IMG/VR virus record: IMGVR_UViG_3300035698_016817 | Span: 1-64,000 of that record | From: a virus | Taxonomy: Duplodnaviria > Heunggongvirae > Uroviricota > Caudoviricetes > Crassvirales | DNA length: 64,000 nt | Direction: 5' to 3' (one strand) | Program-made: the position numbers and the translations under genes | Part shown: in pieces, positions 19,009 to 27,582 of the stretch | Position numbering within the stretch: position 1 is the first letter of the stretch | Layout of the letters: every line of letters begins with the position of its first letter | Notes under the pieces: model-generated | Seen by the model: only the letters and a program-made list of their open reading frames with translations | Database searches by the model: none | Told to the model about the DNA's origin: nothing

Positions 19009-19205
19009 CAGATATGCGAGCTATTCACGTTACGCTATCAGCAAGAGACAAAAGCTCTGTTTCTGCTGATGGAGTACGTGTCATTGAAGACGGAACCAGA
19101 GATTCGGTTTTTACAGTAATAGACACAAATAATAGAGAAGCAGTTTACAAGGAGTGGTTCGACAATCATCCTAAAATCAAACCTAGAAATTATGAAAAAC
19201 ACTGA
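19005..19205 (+). CDS. hypothetical small protein (66 aa)
   Basis: Short ORF in a translationally coupled run. Confidence 0.35.
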   Translation: MTDMRAIHVTLSARDKSSVSADGVRVIEDGTRDSVFTVIDTNNREAVYKEWFDNHPKIKPRNYEKH

Positions 19206-19434
19206 AAAGACTGTAACGGTAACGAGTAAAAATAAAGACGTTTACATCGTTACTGGTGAATATGATCACCCTAAGTTTTTAATCAATATGGTGGCAATGG
19301 GTCCTTTGAAACGCGAAGTTACCAAGTACATACACGCTGCATTACTAAGAGAGCTTGCAACGTTAGCCGTAGAGGCTTGTTGGGAAAATGTGCAAGAAGA
19401 AAAAGAATACGCTAAAGGACTTGAAAATGATTAA
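19192..19434 (+). CDS. hypothetical small protein (80 aa)
   Basis: Short ORF that is coupled. Confidence 0.35.
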   Translation: MKNTEKTVTVTSKNKDVYIVTGEYDHPKFLINMVAMGPLKREVTKYIHAALLRELATLAVEACWENVQEEKEYAKGLEND

Positions 19435-19603
19435 TCAATTAGATTTAAAAACTAAACCAAAGCCTATTTGGCCAATCAGTCTTGTTCTGTTGCTAATCTC
19501 GTTAATAGGGATTTTCAACTTGATAAAAATGAAAGAAGAATCAATTAACGTTTTAAATCACGCCAATGGAAGTGCTAATAAAGTCATTAACGTTAGACGT
19601 TGA
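19388..19603 (+). CDS. hypothetical small membrane protein (71 aa)
   Basis: Hydrophobic helix PIWPISLVLLLISLIGIFNLI. Confidence 0.35.
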   Translation: MCKKKKNTLKDLKMINQLDLKTKPKPIWPISLVLLLISLIGIFNLIKMKEESINVLNHANGSANKVINVRR

Positions 19604-19787
19604 TTATGACATCACTCCTGGACAAAAAGAAGCATATCCCTTTACACCTGCTGACCCAGACGTCATTGAAGTTACAGGAATCACTTGGACTGACAGAAGA
19701 ATGGAAGGGCACGACGTATTGGAGCTTTTCCACGACTTGGGAATGATGGAGGAAATTGAAACAGCCGTTTGCCAAAACTTAGATTAA
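19566..19787 (+). CDS. hypothetical small protein (73 aa)
   Basis: Short ORF followed by a 170-nt non-coding gap. Confidence 0.35.
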   Translation: MEVLIKSLTLDVDYDITPGQKEAYPFTPADPDVIEVTGITWTDRRMEGHDVLELFHDLGMMEEIETAVCQNLD

Positions 19788-19957
19788 TGAAGAACGGAGT
19801 TGAAGATGTTGTTTATTATTTCTTGCTTTATTGGAAGGACAAAAACCTTAAAAAATACCAAGCAATTGCAGGAAAGAAAAGGCTTTGTGATTTAACTCCA
19901 GGCGAATTGAGCATATTGTACAAATCAATAAAATTATTAACCCAGTAAATTACAATC

Positions 19958-20329
19958 ATGTCTACAGAATTAGAAGGAATGGAAGGTGCCTTAGCGGACT
20001 CGTTAAGAAGAGGGTCAAAACAGATCCGTAGCGCAAGAGCGTTGGCAATCGCTGAAAGCACCGAAATGGTGTACAAGCGTAAAATGGAAGATATTGAGAT
20101 GAAGCTTAAGCGCATGCGCAGAGAGCAAGATTCTCAACTAGATCTTAGCCCAGACAACACTACAAGTTTGATCTTGGCCAAAGATTTCGATGAGATAGCT
20201 TTCATCGACAATGATCTTGATTATAGCATCAAGATTCGCGAAGAAGAGATTCGCCTCAAACTTGCACAAGAACGTTATACATTCCTGTTTGGGACTGTAG
20301 AAGATAAATCAATAAAAACTAATTCGTAA
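19958..20329 (+). CDS. hypothetical protein (123 aa), first gene of a four-gene coupled cassette
   Basis: ORF with TAATG overlap to the vWA gene. Charged, predicted helical. Confidence 0.45.
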   Translation: MSTELEGMEGALADSLRRGSKQIRSARALAIAESTEMVYKRKMEDIEMKLKRMRREQDSQLDLSPDNTTSLILAKDFDEIAFIDNDLDYSIKIREEEIRLKLAQERYTFLFGTVEDKSIKTNS

Positions 20330-21237
20330 TGGGAGGAGGATCGTATTCAGTATCAAATTCAATATTAAGCCGTGACGCTGTAAACTCACACACCGGTAAC
20401 ACCTACAGAAATGCTCCAACAAAAGAGCTTTTTAAGGAAACAAAAATTCATCAAAATCTAGATCCTAGAGGGGTCGCATTCAGAGAGTGCCGTGACAACG
20501 CTGATCATCCAAACGCTATTCCTTTGCAGGTTTACTTGGATGTTACAGGAAGCATGGGTCACATTCCTGTTAACTTCATTCGTGATGGATTGCCAACTAT
20601 GATGGGAACTTTGCTTCAAGCTGGAGTTCCTGATACCGCTCTAATGTTTGGAGCAATTGGTGATCACGAGTATGACAGAGCCCCTCTTCAGGTTGGGCAA
20701 TTTGAAGCAGACGATGAGCTTTTAGATGTTCACCTTAAGAACACTTACCTCGAAGGTGGAGGTGGCGGAAACAGAGGAGAGAGCTACGCTTTAGCTTGGG
20801 CCTTTGCTGGAAGACACGTTAAAACTGACGCTTGGGAAAAGAGAAAACAAAAAGGATTTGTCTTCACGATTGGTGACGAAGCGTTTTTGAATCATTACCC
20901 GAAAGAAGCTTTTGACAAAATTCAAGGTGAAGTTTCGGTAGCTCAAGGTGTTTCTTCTGCAGCTCAATTGTTAGAGTTGGCTGAAGAAACAAATCACGTG
21001 TTTCACATTCATGTTGATCATGGAAGACCCGTTGATTCAGCTTGGAGAGAATTGCTTGGAGATAATCTACTTATAGTGGTAGATTATCTGAAGATTCCTG
21101 AGCTTATTGCTGAGAAGATTCTTGAATTTTCTGCAGATTTCGGTAAGAAGATTGTAGAAAGTGATCCTATCATTAAAGCTGAAGGAGCTATCACCGTAGG
21201 TGATTTGCCTTCATCTGAGACAACCATTAAGCTTTAA
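20329..21237 (+). CDS. von Willebrand factor A (vWA) domain protein
   Basis: MIDAS motif YLDVTGSMG, downstream FVFTIGDEAF (hhhhTDG-like), and a Gly-rich EGGGGGNRGE loop. Confidence 0.6.
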   Translation: MGGGSYSVSNSILSRDAVNSHTGNTYRNAPTKELFKETKIHQNLDPRGVAFRECRDNADHPNAIPLQVYLDVTGSMGHIPVNFIRDGLPTMMGTLLQAGVPDTALMFGAIGDHEYDRAPLQVGQFEADDELLDVHLKNTYLEGGGGGNRGESYALAWAFAGRHVKTDAWEKRKQKGFVFTIGDEAFLNHYPKEAFDKIQGEVSVAQGVSSAAQLLELAEETNHVFHIHVDHGRPVDSAWRELLGDNLLIVVDYLKIPELIAEKILEFSADFGKKIVESDPIIKAEGAITVGDLPSSETTIKL

Positions 21238-22350
21238 ATGAGGGCCCAAGTAGTTTTGGGTCTTGGCTATGGAGACGAGGGAAAAGGTCTTACGACTGCT
21301 TTCCTTGTTTCAAAGGCTAAGAACCCTGCAGTTATTCGATTCAATGGTGGGCATCAAGCTGGCCACACAGTTGTCAAAGACGGTATCAGTCACGTTTCTT
21401 CGTCTTATGGTTCAGGAGTTCTTTATGGGGCTCTCACGTACATCATGAACAGTTGCGTGATTTATCCAAGAGCCATAATTAATGAAAACCACGTTTTGAA
21501 GTCTAAGATGAAAGTCATCCCGCCTTTGCACGTGCACCCATTTACTCCAGTAACTACTCCTTTTGAGTTGATGGTAAATCAAAAAATGGAAGAGCTACGC
21601 GGAACAAAAAGACACGGCAGTGTGGGCGTGGGATTTGGAGAGACTCTTCAAAGAGAGGAAAATCATTATCATCTTTTTGCTCAAGACCTTCTATTTCCTT
21701 CAATTCTCAAGTTGAAATTGAAGAACATACAGGAGAATTGCTATCCCAACTTTGATTTTGGTCGGGAGAAAATGGACGAGTTCCTTGAAGAGTGTAGAAA
21801 AACAGCAGAGATCATCAAGATTGACAATGGAAACAACGTTTTCTTTGATTATGAAGAATTGATTTTTGAAGGCGCTCAAGGTGTTCTATTGGATCAAAAA
21901 TTTGGTTTCTTTCCAAACGTGACTAGGTCAAACACTACTTCTCAAAACATAAATCAATTTTTAGCAGCACTTGAAGTGGTGCCAGAGATGTATTACGTAA
22001 CGAGAAGCTATGTAACCAGACACGGAGCTGGCCCAATGCTTAACGAAGACAATGATATTCTTTTGAATAACGCAGAAAAGGAGACCAACAAATCGGACCC
22101 ATTTCAAGGCGATCTTCGTTATGGACAATTAGATGTTGAAGCTATAAATTACGCTTTAATGTGTGACATGCAGTACTCGAACTTTCCAACGATTGACCGA
22201 CATTTAGTCGTAACTTGTATGGACCAGTTTGACTTAAATTTAGCGCCTGTTTTAGACGAAATAGAAATGAACTTTACCAGCATCTTAACCTCTCATGGTC
22301 CGGAAGCCAAACATGTAACAGATTACAAACCTTTAACAATTTCAAAATGA
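21238..22350 (+). CDS. adenylosuccinate synthetase homolog (PurA family; short form, PurZ-like candidate)
   Basis: N-terminal P-loop VVLGLGYGDEGKG (PurA: VVLGTQWGDEGKG). Also RFNGGHQAGHTVV (PurA: RYQGGHNAGHTLV), FEGAQGVLLD ... VTRSNTTS (PurA: FEGAQGTLLD ... VTSSNTTA) and YVTRHGAGP. At 370 aa it lacks about 60 C-terminal residues relative to cellular PurA. Confidence 0.8.
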   Translation: MRAQVVLGLGYGDEGKGLTTAFLVSKAKNPAVIRFNGGHQAGHTVVKDGISHVSSSYGSGVLYGALTYIMNSCVIYPRAIINENHVLKSKMKVIPPLHVHPFTPVTTPFELMVNQKMEELRGTKRHGSVGVGFGETLQREENHYHLFAQDLLFPSILKLKLKNIQENCYPNFDFGREKMDEFLEECRKTAEIIKIDNGNNVFFDYEELIFEGAQGVLLDQKFGFFPNVTRSNTTSQNINQFLAALEVVPEMYYVTRSYVTRHGAGPMLNEDNDILLNNAEKETNKSDPFQGDLRYGQLDVEAINYALMCDMQYSNFPTIDRHLVVTCMDQFDLNLAPVLDEIEMNFTSILTSHGPEAKHVTDYKPLTISK

Positions 22351-22715
22351 ATAAGAAAGAACAAATCGAAGAGCTGTTGATAAATCAAAAGAAAATTTGT
22401 CAGCAAGCAATTGGTGGACAAAGCACATCTTCAAAGAACGCTCGCAAAAGAATCCTACAATCTAAGTCAGTTAACATCCCTGATTATTTGACTAAAGAAA
22501 ATCCTGTGAAGAAAGCAGCTCCAGTTGTTAAGGAAGTTGAAGTAATCAAAGAAGTTAAGGTTGAAGTTGAAGTGATTAAAGAGGTTGAAGTAATTCTCGA
22601 AACAATTGTTGAGAAAGTTGTAATTGAAAAAGTTACTAATCTTCATGTTACTGTTCTTGCAGTAGTAATCTCTGCATTACTTTCGTTTGTTGCGGGTGCA
22701 ACTTTATTCGGATAA
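22347..22715 (+). CDS. C-terminally membrane-anchored protein with tandem EVEVIKEV repeats
   Basis: Tandem roughly 24-nt repeats at 22519-22600 encode VKEVEVIKEVKVEVEVIKEVEVI. C-terminal TM helix LAVVISALLSFVAGATLF. Confidence 0.5.
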   Translation: MNKKEQIEELLINQKKICQQAIGGQSTSSKNARKRILQSKSVNIPDYLTKENPVKKAAPVVKEVEVIKEVKVEVEVIKEVEVILETIVEKVVIEKVTNLHVTVLAVVISALLSFVAGATLFG

Positions 22716-22732
22716 GACATATTAAACAAAAC

Positions 22733-22770
22733 AAAAAGCCACTCCTTCACAGGGGTGGCTTTTTTTTTTA
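22733..22770. terminator. bidirectional rho-independent terminator between convergent gene blocks
   Basis: AAAAAGCCACTCC-ttcaca-GGGGTGGCTTTTTTTTTT. A-run on one side and T-run on the other, so it can act on both strands. The stop codon of the - strand 1604-aa ORF lies inside the T-run. Confidence 0.75.
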
Positions 22771-25700
22771 CTTGAGTAACCATCTAATGTTTGAAGTTCC
22801 ATAAACAAAACTTGCAAGATAGTATCCTGGAGGAGTGGTGTCGTTTGGACTGTTTTCTCCCATTATCTTATCTCTAATCTCATCAGAGCCATTAGTAACC
22901 AAGTGGCCGAACATCTCAAGCATTCCAAATAATGGAATACCAGACTTGTTTAAGTATAAAGCTTCAAGCGGGTTGATGAACATAGCAAGTTCCATATTGA
23001 TTCTTCCCATCAAGTCCATCAGTTTAGTATGGCCCTTGTTTAAAAGCTTGTCATCTTCATCTCCGGCCGCCATACCCATTAATCCAGTTAATAGTAACCA
23101 AGAGAAAACATATCTAAGTTCGGCCAAGGCTGAGCTGATGTTTTGCTCTTGAAATTGCATGTAAGCTTCAAGATCCATGTTTTTCAATTTGGGACTTGTA
23201 GTGTTACGTTGCATCTCCTTCATTTGCTCTTCGTAAATGGCTTTGGTTTTGTCTGCTTTCTTTTGGTCTTTATCGCTCCAATTTTTATCGTCTTTAAGCT
23301 TCTGAATTTTTTTAGCTGAAGAAGTATAACCTTTTACAGAGACGAGCATCGTAACCAGCTCCTTTATGCCTTTAGCAGTAGAACCCATCACTTCATACCA
23401 AGCCATTTCTTGTAGCTCAACAGGAACATCGTCTTTATCTAGTTCTTTTCCTGAGTTTACGGTTTGTCTTATCAGAGTTCTGTATCTACCCTCCATCAAT
23501 CTGTCCGCCCAGATGTTGTATTTGATTTTTCCAAACCTATCTTGAAGCATTTCTGGCATCCAGCCTTTAAACTGCATCCCGATTGAAAACATCACGTTAG
23601 ATTCATAAAGCGCAAACATGTAAGGAGACATATTCCCCCTGACACCTTTAACCTCTTCCATAAATCTCATTTTCATTTCAAATCTTACTGCTTTTGGAAT
23701 TCCTCCCATTACGTCGTCTTTGAAAGTCGCTGTTTCAATTAAGCTCTTTTCTCCTTCTGGAAGATCTTCTAGCCTGGCCAGTTTTCCTTCCTTGCTAATT
23801 CCGTGAGTGTATAGCATAGCTATGAGCAATCTTCTGTCTCCCATTTCGTCTGCGGGAATCAACGGATAGTACAGGTAAACGCTGTCCATATACTTTGAAA
23901 GTATATCTCCCCTCATAGACTGTTCTGATTCAAATCTAAAATCCTTTGAGTGAACATCGAAGAACTTTGAGAAGGCCTTGTACTTGGCGTTGTCCTGGTG
24001 CCACAAGGTCATTCCTTTCATAAGGGTTTCTTGTGAGTAGTTAGGATTGTCAACTGCTTTAGCTCTTCTGAATGCTATAGCTGAAGTTGCTGCACCGGCT
24101 GCTGCCTTAATTGGCAAGGTCATTTTAATCTTACCGTACTGAACTTTCATTTGCATTAAAAGCTTAGCAACAGAAACTGTTTTGCCATTCATTTTAAATG
24201 AACCAAGCTCTAGCTTGCTGATGTTGCCGTAAAGCAAAACATCCATCATTGTGTCAAACTCAGACAGCGTTCCTTCAGAAAGGTCTTTTGTGTCTATTCT
24301 TCCGCCTTTATAAAGGAACTTTCCGCCCTTCATTCTTACTTCTCTTTGGATTGAGAGCAAGCTTCTAATCATTTGTATTCTTGCTTCAGCATCGTCTAAA
24401 GCAACGTGCTTGTAAATAGCGTCTCCAAACAGAAGCATCGCTCTTCCTAAGTCCATAGAGATTCGACTTTCGTCAAACTCTCCCTTGTCATTAAGAATTG
24501 GCTTAAGGTGGCCAAGAGGCACTCTTTTTACTGTGTCTTCTCCAATTTGCTCTTCGTTTTCTTCTTCAATAGTAATGCTGTGCATCATATTTTTAGCAAA
24601 CGTGCTTACTGCTCCCTTACCTTCAAATCCAGCTTCAATTGACCCAATTAATATAGAAGGTATTGTGTTTGTGTTGATGTATCTACCATCAAGCAAATCG
24701 TTAAAATCAGCAATTTGACTTTTCCAAGCAGTGTAAAAAGCTAAGAGTGGTTCATTCCCAACTTGGTTAAGTTCTCCGTATTCCTTACTGTAAAGATCTT
24801 TGGCTTTTTCTGGTTTAACTTCTAAGTACTTAAGTGAAGAGCGATGAACCCAAGCGTCAACGTTGTCCTTGTCAAAGACATCGTTGCTTTTTTCGAATTG
24901 AGCCATTTTTGTTTTATACCCATAACTCGTTTTAGTAATGAACTCTTCAATTAACTTCTTGCTTTTTCTTTCCTTGGCTTTTTTGTAACGCTCTTTAGCG
25001 CCTTCCATGATTTGGTAGTTCTCTCTGGTCCATTTAACAGCCTTTAAAACGTCTGCGTCTCTACCGGAAGCAGCGTCAGCATACATTTCTTTACGCTTGG
25101 CGTTGAACTCTTCTTTGAACATGTTTACCAATCTCATACCCATACTTGTTGGGGTAGCAAGTTTTTTCATTGCTTGCCTGGTAGACATCCCTTTTCCAGC
25201 AGCCCATTCTTCTACTTTTTTGTTAAGTGGAGTCCACTTTCTAACTAGGTCTCTATATCTTTCTTCGCGGTCTTCTTGAGCTGCAACATACACGTACATC
25301 GCTGCTTTGAAATATTCGTTGTCTACAGAAGCCACGTCAGTCATCCACTGATCATTTCTGATTGGAACTGAATTTGCGTCTAAATCAACGAAGTCAGTTG
25401 GAAGATCTTCGTAAAGTCTTTTTCTACCTTCTAATCTAAGGTCGTTTACAACCTGGTCTACTTTCTCTGATATCAAAGCCATCTTAATACGGAAAGAAGC
25501 TTTCTCTTTTTTGTCTTTGATGTCTTTTAGCTTATACCCAGTTATTGCAGTGGTATTTGCGTAAAGAGAAAGAGCGTTTTGCAACCCTACTATGTCTTTC
25601 ATTGACAAGTATTCAGGGCTGTCTTTTTTCTTGATTTTTAAACCGTCTTGAGCGTACTTGATTAAAGAACCAAGCTCACTTCTTGTTGCGACCATGCTTC

Positions 25701-27582
25701 CAACATTTGCAAGTTCTTTCAGTGTAGTTCTGATTGTATTCAACTCACGAATTACTGCTTCGGTTTTTTTCCTGCCTTTAAGCTCGTCTCTACGCTGGTG
25801 AAACTCTTGAACTTTTTTCTCCATCAATCCTTCAGGAAGTTCATTTGCAACTGGATACTGCATCAACTCTGGATCTATAGTTGAATCCATGTTAAAGTAA
25901 GCAATAGTGTCTGTAATGCCGGCTCCTTTAGCGTACGCCATTCGTACGTGTCCGGGAATAAGCCTAGAGGTTTTAACTCCGCTCACGTTGTACATTTCTA
26001 TTACTGTTCGAACGTAAAACATCATTTGATCTTCGTACCCTTCGCCTTTGGGCCCACGAAATGGATCTAAACGCAGAAGGTATTCCCCTCCGACCAATTC
26101 AGATTCCGTGTTTTTGGGAGAAATAAACTTGTAGTCATAAACGTGAGCGTATCCATCAGGGTCTACAAATAGCAAATCCACGGTTCCTGCAGTCTTTTCC
26201 TTTTTAGAGTAAAGCTTAATCTCTTGATATATGTTGACTTTTTCTTTTGGCCCAAGTCCTTTGGCCCTGTCTTTCAATATTGCTTTTAGAGTGTCAGTCG
26301 TATGATGAAACATAGACTCTGGAATGCCAGACTCTTTCTTGATTTGCGCCAAGGTTTTTTTTGGGCTCTCCTCGAATAAGATAAGGTTAAACTTGCCTTT
26401 AAATTCTTTTTCCTGAACCATTAAAGGAATCAGAGCTTCCATTGTCCCGTGCAATTTTGTTCCATTGCTACTAAGTATTCTAGAACGTTTTCTACTTCCA
26501 ATTTCTTTAGCCTCCTCAATTCCACCTACACTCCACATAAAAGCAATAGAAGATCTGTCTGTAGCTCTTCTTTCTATCGGAACTCCATCAATATGATATC
26601 TAGCAACCAAGCTATCTTCATCCTCGAATAAATCAAGGTATTTAGTATCGATCTTACCAGCATAATAATCTTTTTTAAATGATTCAATTCCAACTCGTTT
26701 CTGAGTATCTGCGATTAAATCATTCACTCTTTCTTGAATGTTTCCTGCAGAACGAAATATTGTGTTTCTTTCCCAACCATTCAGCGCTTCTCTGTGTGCT
26801 CCTAGGTCTTTATTGAGCATCTCTAATGAAGCTCTCTTATATGGGTCAGATAGATTGAGTTTGTCCTTAAGCCATTGAACAGCTCGTTTCCACCACCTGG
26901 CTTCTCTTTGCTGTTCGGCTTCTTTCATCATCCCTGGCTCAAGAATAGTTTTCAAGACTCGTTTAGTGATTGCTTCGTCTATAAAGTCTTGCTCAGTATA
27001 TCCCATTCCTTCATGAGAACCGAGCACTTCAGTATACTCTTCAGTTCCTAGTATTCTAGTAGCCATGCTCTTGTAAAGAGGACTATCCATCACAGACAGA
27101 GCTGCGATATAGAAGTGAATGTATTCTTCAGTAGGCCTATCAGCGTTTCCTTGTAAATACTGAATTGATCTATTTGTAATGTCAGCTGCAGCCACTCCTT
27201 TTAAAGGGTTTCCATCCTTGTCTTTCAAGCTCTCAACGATATTCTCGTCAATCTTAAAGTCTCTGAATACTTGTCTGAGGGAAGAAAGAACTTCTTCTTC
27301 TAAAGAGTCTGCAACTACGTCTTGAAGAGGCTTTTTAGAGAGTATTTCTCTTCTTGTATCTACTTGAAAGGCAATCTTTTCATCTACGATTACTTGACCT
27401 TGAACTACGGTAAATGGAATTCCATCGATGTCTTCTTCCCTAGCCAAATCAATAGCCATCTTCATGGCTTCTTGCACAAGCAAAGACTCTGGAGCTGTAA
27501 CTATTAAAGTGTTTCCAACTTCCTTGGCTAGTTTGTTTTCTATCAATCGGTTTTTTACCTGAGTATTTAAGCTACAAGCCAT
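22768..27582 (-). CDS. very large virion-associated protein (1604 aa), last gene of the - strand operon; possible ejected or RNAP-associated protein
   Basis: Uninterrupted 4.8-kb ORF whose start ATG abuts the stop of the 4191-aa ORF (TAAATG). Possible PD-(D/E)xK-like pattern VDLLFVDPDG...VYDYK near aa 469-485. Confidence 0.65.
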   Translation of the reverse strand: MACSLNTQVKNRLIENKLAKEVGNTLIVTAPESLLVQEAMKMAIDLAREEDIDGIPFTVVQGQVIVDEKIAFQVDTRREILSKKPLQDVVADSLEEEVLSSLRQVFRDFKIDENIVESLKDKDGNPLKGVAAADITNRSIQYLQGNADRPTEEYIHFYIAALSVMDSPLYKSMATRILGTEEYTEVLGSHEGMGYTEQDFIDEAITKRVLKTILEPGMMKEAEQQREARWWKRAVQWLKDKLNLSDPYKRASLEMLNKDLGAHREALNGWERNTIFRSAGNIQERVNDLIADTQKRVGIESFKKDYYAGKIDTKYLDLFEDEDSLVARYHIDGVPIERRATDRSSIAFMWSVGGIEEAKEIGSRKRSRILSSNGTKLHGTMEALIPLMVQEKEFKGKFNLILFEESPKKTLAQIKKESGIPESMFHHTTDTLKAILKDRAKGLGPKEKVNIYQEIKLYSKKEKTAGTVDLLFVDPDGYAHVYDYKFISPKNTESELVGGEYLLRLDPFRGPKGEGYEDQMMFYVRTVIEMYNVSGVKTSRLIPGHVRMAYAKGAGITDTIAYFNMDSTIDPELMQYPVANELPEGLMEKKVQEFHQRRDELKGRKKTEAVIRELNTIRTTLKELANVGSMVATRSELGSLIKYAQDGLKIKKKDSPEYLSMKDIVGLQNALSLYANTTAITGYKLKDIKDKKEKASFRIKMALISEKVDQVVNDLRLEGRKRLYEDLPTDFVDLDANSVPIRNDQWMTDVASVDNEYFKAAMYVYVAAQEDREERYRDLVRKWTPLNKKVEEWAAGKGMSTRQAMKKLATPTSMGMRLVNMFKEEFNAKRKEMYADAASGRDADVLKAVKWTRENYQIMEGAKERYKKAKERKSKKLIEEFITKTSYGYKTKMAQFEKSNDVFDKDNVDAWVHRSSLKYLEVKPEKAKDLYSKEYGELNQVGNEPLLAFYTAWKSQIADFNDLLDGRYINTNTIPSILIGSIEAGFEGKGAVSTFAKNMMHSITIEEENEEQIGEDTVKRVPLGHLKPILNDKGEFDESRISMDLGRAMLLFGDAIYKHVALDDAEARIQMIRSLLSIQREVRMKGGKFLYKGGRIDTKDLSEGTLSEFDTMMDVLLYGNISKLELGSFKMNGKTVSVAKLLMQMKVQYGKIKMTLPIKAAAGAATSAIAFRRAKAVDNPNYSQETLMKGMTLWHQDNAKYKAFSKFFDVHSKDFRFESEQSMRGDILSKYMDSVYLYYPLIPADEMGDRRLLIAMLYTHGISKEGKLARLEDLPEGEKSLIETATFKDDVMGGIPKAVRFEMKMRFMEEVKGVRGNMSPYMFALYESNVMFSIGMQFKGWMPEMLQDRFGKIKYNIWADRLMEGRYRTLIRQTVNSGKELDKDDVPVELQEMAWYEVMGSTAKGIKELVTMLVSVKGYTSSAKKIQKLKDDKNWSDKDQKKADKTKAIYEEQMKEMQRNTTSPKLKNMDLEAYMQFQEQNISSALAELRYVFSWLLLTGLMGMAAGDEDDKLLNKGHTKLMDLMGRINMELAMFINPLEALYLNKSGIPLFGMLEMFGHLVTNGSDEIRDKIMGENSPNDTTPPGYYLASFVYGTSNIRWLLK

